This document shows positions 1 through 28,200 of a DNA stretch of 64,000 bases, in pieces. The stretch covers positions 297,558 through 361,557 of the forward strand of contig JAWQFM010000023.1 in the NCBI GenBank assembly GCA_033442325.1. The letters are read 5' to 3'. Position 1 is the first letter of the stretch; each line of letters opens with the position of its first letter. The notes beneath the pieces are model-generated. The model was not told the origin of the DNA. It was given only the letters and a program-made list of their open reading frames with translations, and did no database searches. A program made the position numbers and the translations under genes. This DNA is from Salpingoeca rosetta (Eukaryota > Protista > Choanoflagellata).

Positions 1-66
1 ACTCTGCCAACCAACTCACACGCAACCCTGTCACCCGTGTTCTTCCTTGTCACTGTATGCGTGCAG

Positions 67-182
67 GCAAGGCAACGGGGGAGGTGCTGATGCTGCGCGC
101 CACGTGCCAGCAGCTGCAGGTTGCGTTGATGCTCGCCCTTTGCCTCAACATCTTCTTTGGCATCTCTCTCGTCTTCAAGTGA
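67..182 (+). CDS. Last exon of an upstream gene; C-terminal transmembrane helix (tail-anchored-like)
   Basis: Pyrimidine tract plus CAG acceptor (64-66), then KATGEVLMLRATCQQLQVALMLALCLNIFFGISLVFK-stop (TGA 180-182). The rest of the gene lies outside the window. Confidence 0.5.
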
Positions 183-248
183 TGCCGTTCACCCACGTTA
201 TGATAATGCTTCAGTAGTCAGCTTCGTTGTTCTGTTGTTGCCGACAGG

Positions 249-283
<35 letters not shown>

Positions 284-914
284 CTCCCTCTCCTCTCTCC
301 ATACGTTCTTCAGCCTTCATCTGTATTCTGAGCTTCATTCCGTCTTGTTGACGAACACCCTTCACGACGTTGTGCATCCCTTTATTTCGAACTCAAGTGC
401 ACCTGTGTACACTTCTATATTGACAAGTCGACATACACAATCAATCAAGCAAAAGAACTGTTCGCAACAGTCAAGCAAATGCGAACGTGAACATAAGTAA
501 GTTGTCGAGGCACGCTGAAGCAGAGATAGGGCACATGTGCAGGCACTGCACGCATTGATGGGTAGCGTGATGGGGATGGCTATTCGGTACATAAACGGAG
601 AAGCCCGCAAGGATGATGACATGTAATACAGCAAACCAACAAAAAAGCACAGAACGCAGTGCGCCCGCAAAAACAACAACAAACGTGAGAACGTGAACAG
701 CATGTCATGTCATAAATGAAATGTGCCGTTAGCCAACACGTCTTGCAACACCACGAGCCAAGAACTCAAGCCACAAGTCAAGAAAGAAAGAAAGAAAGTC
801 AACAACCAATCAACCAATCAACCAATCAACCAATCAACCAAGTAAGTAAGCAAGCAAGCAACCAAGCGAGCAGAGCCATACGGTGAAACGACAGTCGTCA
901 TATATTAAAGTGTG

Positions 915-2170
915 TCAGGCAGTACGTTTAGTGGCGCGGTCTTGGAACCACTGGTGAACATATAAACAGTGTGTTGCGTCTTCAACGCCAAACCCGCGCA
1001 GCCCGGCATGGGGTGTGTGCAGGTGCTCCTCCCTTGTGCCTGCCAACGACGTCCATGTGTCTGTCTTTGCATAGAAGCGGAGGCGGGCGCCATCCACAGT
1101 GGCACGCAGCTCCTCGCGTGACTCCATCTCCGAGCCGTGCGTCAGGCCCTTGCCGTAGATGCCAGTGTGGAAAACGTGTTCGCGCAGCGGACACAGGTAT
1201 CTCGTCGGGCCATCCAGCTGCACAAATGCCTGCTTCATCGTCAGGTCCCTAGAAAGAGCGCACAAAGAGCGAGCGGAGCATGACAACCAAGAACGGGTGT
1301 GAACATGCAAGGAGATGGCGGCTTGAGCTGAGGTGTAAGCGCATGTGGGTGTGCAAAATGCATTCACATCCACAGAGGTGCGGGCAATGTGTCCCAGGCA
1401 CGCCAGAGGTCATGCAGCCGAGGCAGACCGCGGCAGACAACAGCCACAACACACACACACACACACACACACAACACACACACAACAAACACACACACAC
1501 ACACGCACAACAACCACACACAGCGCGTCTCTCACCAGTTGTACTCGTCAAAAGTACAGAAGAACTGCGCGCGTTGCAGGAGTGCATCCCACGCTGCCCG
1601 TTTCATGAGCCCGCTGACAGTCCACAGGTTGTCTCGGCACTGGGACATTGCACCAAACACGTCGTCCCTGGCATCTGCCTCCTTCATGAGCGCAGGCAAG
1701 ATGGAGCCAATGTGCTTGCTGACGAGGAAATCCTCTTCGAGGTAGTACAGCCAGCGTGCCCCGCGAAAGTAGTGCCAGACGCGGTGCATGGCCCAGAACC
1801 AGTGGTGCTTGGCGCACGTGTACTGCCAGTACTGGCGCACGCGGCCAAACTGGCTGTACTTGGGGAACCCATGCCGTTCCTCTGCAGTGCGGCAGGCAAA
1901 TGGGTGAAAGATCTGGGATACCCTGAAGCGGCGTCGCAGCCTGCGCGCCGTGCGCTCCATCCGGGAGTCATGCCCGTCATGGGAGACCACAATGTGCGTG
2001 CCGTTTGCCATGTTACAGCGAAGCAAGCTGTCCACCAGCGCTTCAAAGTGAATATCCTTGTTTGAAGCCAGGATGAACACCACAAACGCCGTGTCTCGCT
2101 CATCTTCCTGTCGCGGCGCCGCTTGTTGTTTCTGCCCTTGTTCCACCGTGCGAATCCTTGGGCCCTCATC

Positions 2171-2255
<85 letters not shown>

Positions 2256-2677
2256 ATGTCAGCTTTCTCTTGCACGTGGTTGTGATCTGTTCTGTTCTTC
2301 GCGTGTACCCCATCACCGCCGGCAGCAGCGACATCAGTAGTTGACATGCCCTGCTGCAGCAGCGCCTTGTCCGTGTCCACCCGTCTTGCCAGCAGGCGAT
2401 CGAACAATGCCTGTCCTTGCCACTGTCCGTGGTACAGGCGCACGTGGTCTCCAACCCCCGGTGTCGTGGGTTGTGGTTGGTGGCGACGGTGTCCTCTGCG
2501 ATGGACGGCCGAGCGCACCGACCGCAGCACCCGTTCTGCATGCATGCTTGCGGCTTCAGCACGCAAGTTTGCGCGGTGGAAGGCGCTCAACCCCAACATG
2601 GCCACAGATGCCACCGCAATCAGCACACACAACGCCAGCATCAACGTCAGCAGTCCCCGTCGCCATCGCAGCACCAT
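915..2677 (-). CDS. MGAT2: Alpha-1,6-mannosyl-glycoprotein beta-1,2-N-acetylglucosaminyltransferase (GnT-II, GT16); 2 exons, 2677-1536 and 1248-915
   Basis: Type II membrane anchor at the N-terminus. MGAT2 motifs VVSHD, QIFHPF, KHHWFWAMHRVW, LEED and FCTFDEYNW are present. A GT-AG splice (TG|G) restores YNWDLT, followed by HVFHTG. A poly-Q tract sits in the stem. Confidence 0.85.
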
Positions 2678-3704
2678 CCTGCATCGTCACACGCCGCTGA
2701 CGTAGTGACAATGCAATAAATGCAAGCAATGTAAACGAGGGGCGGGAGGAGGGAGGCTCTGAGGCTCACAGGGACGGGCAAGTCGTGGGTGCAGCGAGGG
2801 TTGCACTGAGGTCTGGTGGACTCGCTCGAGGGCAGTGGTGGAAGGGTGGACCTGTGGACAGCAAGCGAGCAAGTGAAGCCAGCCAAGCAAGCAAGCCAGC
2901 CAAGCAAGAGTGCGTTGGTTGAAATGGTGGTGGTGAACGTTGCTTGTTGCTGGCTGGCTGGTTTGTTTGCCTGCAGGCGTTTCACGGAGGATCACGGGAA
3001 AATATGGCGAATCGCCATCAATGCAACCGGCGAATTTCGGCACACAAACAAACAGCCCAACAACAACCCAGCAACACAACACCAGCCAGCAAACACGACT
3101 TGTGATGGCGGAGGGTGAGGATGTGCTGGCGCACAAGGTGCTGCCAACGGAGACATCAGCCCACGACCTGCACATCCCAACAGCGCCACAATCCACGTTT
3201 ACGACAATGCACATGGATGCACCGCCTTTGTAAGCAACTCCTCGCATGCTGTTGTGTGGCTAGGGCTGTGTTGTGGCTGTACCGTTGTTGATTTGTGGAT
3301 GTGATGAACCGGCACACCCGATCCTACACACCATTTCAGCTGTGTTGGTTGCTGGGCTTGGTGTTGGCCTGGTGTTGGCTTGGGGCGCATGCTCCAGCAT
3401 GAGCGCTTCCATGCCTGTCTTTCCTTTTTTTCCTGTCATGTGTGCTTTTGATGACTCCCACCTGTGTCATCATCATCATCATCATCATCATCGCCTGTAC
3501 GTGGCCATCATAATCTATGTGGTGGCACGGCCAAACGGGTCAGCCACGTGGAAACAAGCACACTCAACTAACGAATCAACAAACCATCGAATCAACGAAC
3601 CAACGATTCCTTTCCCTTACTCACACTCAAACACACACACACACACACACGCACACACGCACGCATACGCTACTCATGCGCACACGCATACCAGGGATAG
3701 CGCG

Positions 3705-13462
<9,758 letters not shown>

Positions 13463-14184
13463 ACCAGTGCAGAATGTGTTCATGGTGTGTGTTCATGGGT
13501 GTGTCCATATGTGTGTGTTCACGTGTGTCTGTGTATGTGTTCATGTGTGTATGTGTGTTCATGTTTGTGTATGTGTATGTGTGTCGTATGAAGTGGGAAA
13601 CGAATGTGCATGACTTTTGCTTGTGATGTCAGCTGCGTGCTCACGCATGCGTGTGATTGTGCACCTGACTGCACTGTAGATACTACGTGTTGGGTGGATG
13701 GGAGAGGGGATTGTATGTTGTGTGCATGCTTGCATGCTTTTGTTGTTTCTTCTGACTTGGATTGCCTGGCTGTGTGATTTGTGACGGGGATTACCTGTCC
13801 ATTGCGACCGTGCACTTTGGCTGAGTTTTTGCATTCATGCTGGAGCAGAGTTGCATGTAGTAACAGCGAGTGGAAGCCGCACAGATGTAACAAACGGTGC
13901 ATGCAACGAGAAAGGGGCAAAGAGATGGAGGGGAGAACGGTCCAACATGGCACATGTGCAAAGCAGAGAGAAGCGACCTCGCTGACGTGAGTGAACAAGC
14001 AGCGAGTAAGCTGTAACGGAGCCGGTGTAAGAACAGAGCAGCGCAAACAAGACGTAACGCGGGCCTTCAACTCACACAGAGCCCAGCGGTACCAACACGC
14101 CATCACAGCGTGTGGCGCGCACGTCTTGACATCATCACACCACACCACACCACACCACACCACACCACACCACACCACAGCCCA

Positions 14185-19641
<5,457 letters not shown>

Positions 19642-19790
19642 GCTCGTTGGTCAATGCTGTGGCTGGGGTTGCTTTGCTCGTTGGCTTGTGGGAAAGTGCG
19701 GCAACTCCACAAGCCACTTGCTTGCTTGCTTGCTTGTGGTTTGTTTGTGGCTTGCTTCTTGCAGGTTTGTGGGCGTGGGGCGTGGGAGGG

Positions 19791-19803
19791 GTTGCCTGGC
19801 AAG
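19791..19803. promoter_or_regulatory. Candidate RFX X-box (GTTGCCTGGCAAG) upstream of the NPHP3-like gene
   Basis: One mismatch to the palindrome GTTGCC-N-GGCAAC, 150 bp upstream of the ATG at 19641. A second half-site, GTTGTCA, lies at 19937-19943. Confidence 0.4.
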
Positions 19804-20555
19804 CCAAGCCATATCCACCTCCGGTGTGTCCCATTTCGGCGCGTCGCCTTGAAGGTCGTAGCTGTGTGCGTGCCATTTTATGGTGTCGTAGACAGCTGTC
19901 CGCGAGGTTGGCGGGCAGGCAGGGTTTGTTTGCTCGGTTGTCATGTTGTACCACATCACATCACATCAGTGCTTGCTGCAGCAAGTCTCTAAGTCTCCAA
20001 TCAGCTCCAGAGACTAAGAGAGCTTAGAGCTTTGAGAGCTTTGCAAGTGTCCTCCTCAAGTCCTCATCTCTTCCCCCTCTTGCCATCATTGCCCCTGTCT
20101 CTCTTTACTATCAAGAATGAATCAGAAACTCAAAGAACACTGCCATGCACCAGTCAACAAGAACAAGAACAGAGCGCAGGGGTGAGGTCAGATCACGAAG
20201 AGGACAGAGACAGGGGTGGAAAGGTGAAGGTAACGGTGAAGGCAACGAAAGTAAGAAAGCACAAAGAAGCAAGCATACGAGACAAGCCACTCGAACCAAA
20301 CACAGAGAAGACAGTAGACAGAGGAATGCAACAGATGGAACAAGAAAGACGCAAAACGCAAGTCAGTCAAGGTAGCAAGGTAGCAAGGTAGCAAGCACAC
20401 TCAGCAAAGCTAAAGGCACCAAAGCAAAGGCACTGGCAGCCTACCCAAAGCAAGGCAGCACAAAAATGCAAGGCAGAGCAGAGCAGGAAAACTTGACATC
20501 CTCGTAGAACCCACATCAGAGAATCATGCACAAGACAGTGGATCACACGACACAC

Positions 20556-20830
<275 letters not shown>

Positions 20831-20924
20831 CACCAATGTCCCGGTTCAGCCATGCACAGGGGTACACGTGCGGTCACCTCACCTGCACTGCACTGCTCTT
20901 CGGCCACGCTTGCCGTTTCAGCCT

Positions 20925-21749
20925 CTAACGGGCAACAACGCACATGTAGATATCATCACTATCGTAACTGCGGTACATGCGCTTCACGGCACCTTCACGG
21001 CACTTGCAAGCGCCGTTGGAGTTGTACATGGCACCATACAGGTTTTCGCAGTTCGAGCCGGCGTCCTCACCAAAGCCCACAATCTCAAAGTTGTAGTTGG
21101 CGCGGCCGACCTGCAGCTGTTGCACTGCAGGGGCGACACCGGCGGGCTTGGCAACAACCGTGCACACAAAGCCTTTGTTGGCGGCGCGGAAGTAGTAGGT
21201 CTTTGCCTCGCGAAGGCGGATGGTGAACTCGCCCCCAATCTTGGCGTTGCCGCTGCTGAACCCGCCCTGCACTGCTGTTGAACCGTCGCTCATGGTCTCG
21301 TACACGGCCTCCAGCGAGCTCCACTTGAAGGTCATGTAGTCGCCAACGAGGGCAGAGACTGTGACTGGGTTCCAGCCGTCCGCAGCCTCCGTCACCTTGT
21401 GCTCCTTGGACGAGCTGAAGAAGACACCATTTGGTGCGGAGATGTACACGGCGTCGTCGTACACCTCAAACACGTCCGTGATGCGGCCCCTGCGCGAGTC
21501 CTGCGCGCCATCAGTGAGGCCAACAACGGCCTTGAGCTCCTTCACGTCCTCCACCAGCTGTTTGAAGCTGACGCCATTCACAAACACATCCTGCTCCGGG
21601 GATGTCGTGTTGATGTGCAGGTGGCCCGAGGAGTCCGAGGCGAAATAAGGGTAGGGCACGTCATTCGCGGCGACAGCCAGCAGTAGACTCTTGTTGGCAG
21701 CAGCGAGGCACGCCACAGCGAGCAGCATGAAGCGAGATACCAAGAGCAT
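20925..21749 (-). CDS. Intronless 274-aa secreted protein: signal peptide, cubilin-N-terminus-like beta motif plus coiled coil, cupredoxin-like domain, small Cys-containing C-terminal domain
   Basis: Clean ORF with coding-type GC3 bias. Signal peptide MLLVSRFMLLAVACLAAA. Motifs: PYFASDSSGHLHINTT-x4-DVFVNGVSFKQLVEDVKELKAVV; VGDYMTFKW...GGFSSG...GEFTIRLREAKTYYF; CENLYG...GACKCREG...YMC. Confidence 0.75.
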   Translation of the reverse strand: MLLVSRFMLLAVACLAAANKSLLLAVAANDVPYPYFASDSSGHLHINTTSPEQDVFVNGVSFKQLVEDVKELKAVVGLTDGAQDSRRGRITDVFEVYDDAVYISAPNGVFFSSSKEHKVTEAADGWNPVTVSALVGDYMTFKWSSLEAVYETMSDGSTAVQGGFSSGNAKIGGEFTIRLREAKTYYFRAANKGFVCTVVAKPAGVAPAVQQLQVGRANYNFEIVGFGEDAGSNCENLYGAMYNSNGACKCREGAVKRMYRSYDSDDIYMCVVAR

Positions 21750-21983
21750 GGCTGGTTGGCTTGGTGGAGAAGCAGTTGTCGTTGGATCAGAGGAGGAGGG
21801 AAGGGAGAGGCTAGGGGGCGGGTGTGTTTGCTTTGTGGCAACAAAGAAAGAGAGAACAAACAAAGAGGAGGCTGAACACTTCAACACACAACGCGCAACG
21901 GGAATTGTGCATAATTTGCACGAAAACTTTCACAAATTGTCCCAGTCAACTTTTCGTTCTTGTCCAACTGCAAGACCAACATC

Positions 21984-24625
21984 ATGCGCGGTGGTTGCTG
22001 TGTTGTGAGAGGGCTGTTGTTGGCGGTGCTTGTCGCCGCAGCGGCACAGGGCGTCGCATCAGCATCGTCGTCGTCTTTGGCTGCATGGATCGGACCAGGG
22101 ACGAAGTGGGTTGCAGTGAGCAATTGGCAAGACGGAACAACTCCGTGCGAAGATGATACCGTCGTTATCCAGGTATGTGGCTGTGTTCTGTTCTGTTCTG
22201 AGTCTGTTGTAGCAGTAGCTGTTCGTTTTGGGAGTTGAGGGGTTGTGTTGTTCTTGTTTCAGTCGTTCTGTGTTGTTTCGTGTATAGTTGGTTGTGCGTG
22301 CTGTGTGTTTTGTTGTGTTGAAGAGGATGGCATTCTCCGTTGTTTGCTAGCCCAGCCATGTTCCCCGATTGCTCCTCCCAACCATCATTCTATCACTCTG
22401 CAAATTCGCTTCCTTCCTGTCATGTCGTCGTCTCAAGTGCTGTTGACTTTTTGGTGCTCATACTCATCGCCCCACTCAACACTCACCCCACTTGTTGTTG
22501 TGTCCTTTTGTTTCCACCGTCTCTTCACCAAATCCCTTTCGTTCCTTGCAGGCCAGTGCTGGAGACACGGCCGTCGTGCAGCTGCCGCCGTCGCAAGTTC
22601 GCGTCGTGCACGCACTTGGACTCGGCCCATCAACCATGCTCCAAGTGCTGCCAAACTCCGTGCTTGCCTTTGAACCACCGGACAATGAGAAGGGCACGGA
22701 AGAGACGAGGGAGCGCGACGCGTACCCGTGCGCCCCGCTTGCCGATCTTCGGGTGAGTCGCTAAGGAAGTAAGGACGGCTGCCGTGAGGTTATTGGGAGC
22801 TCTGCTCATCATGCCCAACAATACTGCTCTGAAGGGCACTTGCACATCTTCTCACACCAGGTTTGCTCTGTATTGCCACCGACGGCGCGTGATGGCCGCG
22901 CACGTGTGATTTTGTGCATGAGCAGGTGGAGCCCGTGACAGGGAGCACACTCCTTGTGACCTGGTCAAGGGCAGCAGCGGGAGTGGACCGGGTCATTGTC
23001 AGGTGCGCACATGCAGGCGAATGAACGACGATGTGCACGAGGTTGACTTGGTGTTTGGAATGGTCTGGGGTTGGGTGCACTGATGACCTCGAGCAGCGCC
23101 TGTGCTGCTGATCGCCAAGCGCGGGACCCTCGATCTTGGTCAACTCCCCCCCCCCAATGCGTATGTCCCCGATAAGGTACATACATGCCTTGTCTCTCAC
23201 ACTGCTCAAACACGCGCATGGTTTGTTTGCGTGCCTGTGTAGCCTGGAGAGGGAAGAGGCGTCGGCCGGCCCACAGATCCCCGCCCTGTCCACGACGCAA
23301 GATGACGTTGCTGCCGGCCAAATGGCGGTTCATCGCCTGACTTCAGGCGCAGCGTACGCTGTGTCTGTATCCGTACAGTACAAAGAAAATGCAACCAGCC
23401 ATGTCCCGGTTCTCACCACCTCCGTCAAGATGCCGCCCACAGGTGCCATGTGATCGTGTGAGAACTGTGCGTGCGTGTGTGCGTGTGTGTGTGTGCGCGT
23501 GTGTGCATGTGTGCGTGTGTGCGTGTGTGCGTGTGTGCGTGTGTGCGTGTGTGTGTGTGCGTGTGTGTGCGTGCGTTTGTGCATACGTGTGTGTTTTACA
23601 TGGTGTTGTGTTGTGGTTCGTTGTGCTGGGCTGTGCCCGAGGCGGTGTAGCGTGTGTGTCTGTGATGACATGACATTGTCCTGTTTGGAATGCCCACTGC
23701 AAGCGTGATGGTGCAGAAGAAGCGTGCGTCCTATTCACCACTCGACCACTCATGCGGGGTTTTGTTCTTATTCCTTGTGTGGCACCACGGCACGCCAGTG
23801 TTCTGGATTGGGGATGGCGATGACACTGCGGTGTGGAGCGCGGTCTCATATTGGCTGTACGGGTCTGACACGAGCGGCCAAGGCACGCCACTCCGCCGTC
23901 CTGCATGCGACGACCACGTTGCTGCTGCCAATGTACGGCACTGCTTGCTGGCATGCCAGTACCACGGTGATGGTGGCGATTTAGTGTGGGGGAAAAGGAG
24001 AGGGAAAGAACTTGGACGTGTGTTTCGTGGCATGTTCGTAGCAAGCGGTAGTCATGATGCATCTGGTATGCACGTGTGGTGTATGTGTGTTTGCATTGAT
24101 TGTTTGTGTGTGTATGTATGCATACATGTGTGTGTGTGTGCCCTCAGCGTCTTGTGTATCCTACATGTGTGCTTGTACACTTGTGCTTGCGTGCACTCTC
24201 TGTCTCTGCTTCTCCCTCAACTCTGCGCTGCTTTCTGATTGAATTCACCGATAGGACATCATCGTTGAAGGCAACCAGCGTGCGGACAGGTATCAGGCAA
24301 CTGGCTGCTGTCGAGTGTCACATCATGTCACCTTCTGAAAGCTAGAGTGCGTGTGATCTGTGGTGTTACATCTGTTTGCCACACGTTGATAGCCGAGTCT
24401 ACATCTTCACCAATTATCCTCTCTCACACACACACACAAACACACACACACACTCACACACACACACAATGCCAGTGTGTCGCTGAAGCCGAACACACAT
24501 CTCTTCATTGCGCCCTCCTCAGCACTCTACTTTCCCTTCCAGGTGCGGTGGTGTCAGCGTCCCTTCACCAAGTGATCGTGGTTCCACGCAGTGTGTGCTC
24601 TTCTTAAATCCCTCAACCTGCTATT

Positions 24626-24688
<63 letters not shown>

Positions 24689-25172
24689 CACACTTACTCA
24701 CTGTGAGCTTCGGCTTGTGTGCGTTTGCTTGGCGGTGGTGGCAGGGCGGTGAAGGGGAAGATGGTTTGGAGCCGTGCGAGCAGCCAACAACAACAACAGC
24801 AGCCACCACCACCACCACGTTCACCACCACCACCACCATCGCAACAACTACAGAGGCGGCAACGACGCTTCCAAGCACCACCACCACCACTAACAACAAC
24901 GACGACGACGACGACGACATTCCTGATGTTGACGATGATTTGGCCGCCACAACCACAACCACAACCACAACGCTGGAACCCGGCGTTGATGTTGTTGTGC
25001 AGGCTGTTCTGCACATTTCGCAACCACCAGCTCATGTTAACACGAGGTGTGTGCGCGTGCGTGTGTGGTGTGTGTTTGCTATTGAAGCGAGCACCAACAC
25101 TCATTGTTTGATGTCTCCCATCCGACCCCTCGCTTTCTCTCTCACTCCCTCTCACATACACACACATACACG

Positions 25173-25210
<38 letters not shown>

Positions 25211-28200
25211 GCGCGTGACCTGTGCTCGCAGGCAATTGACTGCTGCCATCGCCATTGCGCTAGACGGGCGCTTGGATACACACATCTTCTCTCGTGGCGC
25301 TGTTGAAATCACAGCCGTTCTTGCAGCGGCAGCAGGGTACGATGTTGCATCATGCACATATCGTGCGCGTGTGCGTGTGTATATGTGAGCGCGTTTGTTG
25401 ACGATGATGGCGGTGGGGTGGATGCAGATCGTAACTTTGAGAGGTGTAATGCTCTTGCTAGCTCTTGATGTCGCTTTGCTGACTCTCTCATGATTGGTTT
25501 CACCGCAACTTGTTGTGCCACACTCCCACAGCAACAGCACGGTCCTTGTTGAGCTGCGTGTGCCACCGGAACTCAAGTCCGACACCATCTGCACTCTTCC
25601 TGTGCGTGTCAAGTTTGCTTGTGTGCGTGCGTGTGTGCTTTTGTTTGTCGATGACCATGCATGCATGTGTGGGAGTGTGGGAGTGTGGGTGTGTGGGTGT
25701 GGGAGTGTGAGCTTGTGTGAGCTTGTGTGTGTGTGTGCATATGTGCGTGTTTTCAGCCTATTTAGGTGAGACTTGCACGGACTGACCACAATCGCTTGCT
25801 CCACGCTCTATGTGGCACTCTTGCAATCAATGACTCCCCTCCCTTCTCACCCATGTGCCACATTCTGCAGACATTGTTTGCGCCGTTCAGTGCAGTGGAG
25901 GCCGTGGTATCCATCTACACGAGCAATCCCCACATCTCTGTATCTCTTGTCTCCCTCACTCGCTGTCCAGCGTGCAACTGTCCCGCCGGCAAGGTGTGTG
26001 CGTGCTTGTGTGTGCGGCTTGTGTGTGCGGCTTGTGTGTGCGGCTTGTGTGTGTGTGTGTTGTGCGCATGCGTATGTGTGTGTGTTCTTGTGTTGTGCGC
26101 ATGCGTATGTGCACCTGTGTGCGCCTCTGTGTGTGTGTACGTGGATGTGTAATGTGTGTATTTGTGCCTGTGTGTATGTGTGCGTATGCGTGTGCTGCTG
26201 ATGAATTTGCGGCCATTTGTACTGTCGCCATTCTGTCCTGTGGGCCTCTGCTGTTCTGTGACCCCTTCCGCCTCCCGCTCCTTTCGCTGTCTCTTTCCTT
26301 CTCTCTTCTCATGGGAACCGCCCACTATGATTCACTGTGACTCACTACGCACCTTTCATTCCTCCAACGCACTGCACCACCACCATCACCATCACCACCA
26401 CCACCACCACCACCACCATGCGTGTTGTTGTAGGCCACATGTCCCGCTGGCTCTGTACTGCACATCATCACGGGGGAGTGTCTGAGCCGCCCAACATGTG
26501 TTGACGGCTCCACCTGCACGTGTCCCTCCAACGGCGCACCAGAACTTGTGAGCAAGCGCGTGCTGCGTGCTGCATATTCTGCTCTGCATCTGTATGTGTG
26601 TTCCTGTGTTTGTATGTGTGTTCCTGTGTCTGTATGTGTGTGTTCGTGAGTTTGTGTGCATGTGCACGTGCCATGGTTTCCAACGCATCAGGATTCGCGC
26701 TTCTGTGCGCGCGATGGGATTCTGAACACGCTTTCATCTCCATCGCACTTTGTCACACTTGTATTCACACACTCACCTAACATAAGTGCTCATGTGATTG
26801 CCCCACATGTTTACACGCATTCAAACCTTCACGCTCACGCATGGTGTGTGTGTGTGTGTGTTGCAGGTTGATGGTTCGTGGGTGTGCCGCGTGGAGACAG
26901 TGTGCTCGTCAGAGAATGCGCGCTACGTGCCAGAGTTGGGCATGTGCGTCGTCGATGGCAACCCATCCCAAGCCAGTGGGAGCACCGGCAGTGCAGATGT
27001 ACGCACGTGCATGCGTGCATATTTGCATGTATGCATGGTGGTGCACGTTTCTTGTGTGTGTGTGTGTGGCCGAGCTTTGCATGCTCGCTCCCCTGTTGGA
27101 GTGTTGGCGTTGAATGTATGTTCGCGGCCGAAAACAGTCATGTCACACGTTTTCCCATTCATTCGGAGAAGAAGTGTATGAGTTTCGCATCTCCTCACTG
27201 TCCGTGTCACACACACCACGGTCTCCACCGCTACTGTTTCATGACAGCCATCCATCGCGATTGGCGCCAGCGTCGGCGCACTCGCCCTTGTAATCATCGC
27301 TGTATTTGTCGTCTGGCTGCGTCGCACCGCAAAGCCACGCACAGCCGTGCAGGTACGAATTTGAGCATTGCAACGCGCCCGCACGTGGCGAACACAGTGA
27401 TGTGAGCACACTCACAGTGGCACAGTGATCACATGCACACGCTTGTTCATTCAAGTTGGGGGTGGTGCGCCATCGTGTGACGTTGGTGCGTGCTTGGGGC
27501 GTGTTGATGTGTACGTTGTGCTTGTGTTTGTGTTTGTATTTGTACGTGTACGCGTATGTGTCGCGTGTTGAGTGTCTTGGTTCTACCTTATGCTATTGGT
27601 ATGCGTTGCAGTGGCTAAGCTTTTGATTGCACACACTCATATGACAGCTTGGCGACACGTGGAGCAACAAGAATGCCTCGTCTCCGCCATTGTCCTTTTC
27701 ACCATCGGGTGCGCAGTGCAGTCACATTGCAGAGCAGCAACGCACTGTTCTGTGGCCTGCTTGTTCCGATGAGGCTTTCCTGTGTTTGCGCACAGTCGCA
27801 CGCGCCCGCCCCTCTCACAGCCACACGCACACATGCACGCACAAACACATTCCCCGTTCACTCACGCTGTCGCCATACATCCACACACTTTTTTCGCTCG
27901 CTCGCACGCACACTCACATACACCCATCATACGTGACTGTTTAGGTTCGACGTACCACGCCAATCCAATGTGGCAGCCGCCCCCTGGTCATGTGGGCGAC
28001 ACGACAGCAAGCGAGGCCGACTATGCAGATATGAACGGCTTCACCGGCGCTGACGACTACCTGTCACCCGTCTCGGGTGCCTCGTCCTCCACCGCCACCA
28101 ATGGCAATGCGTTGTCTGAACGCGCGCAGAGGAGTCCTGCCCACGCTCAAGAAGCTGTAGCGTCCAGTGGAGTTTACGCCACGCCAGCCTGGCAAGCAGC

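Noticed and set aside
19651-19959. 102-aa minus-strand ORF upstream of the NPHP3-like gene
   Set aside because: No homology or splice link recognised, and it overlaps the probable promoter. A uORF cannot be excluded.
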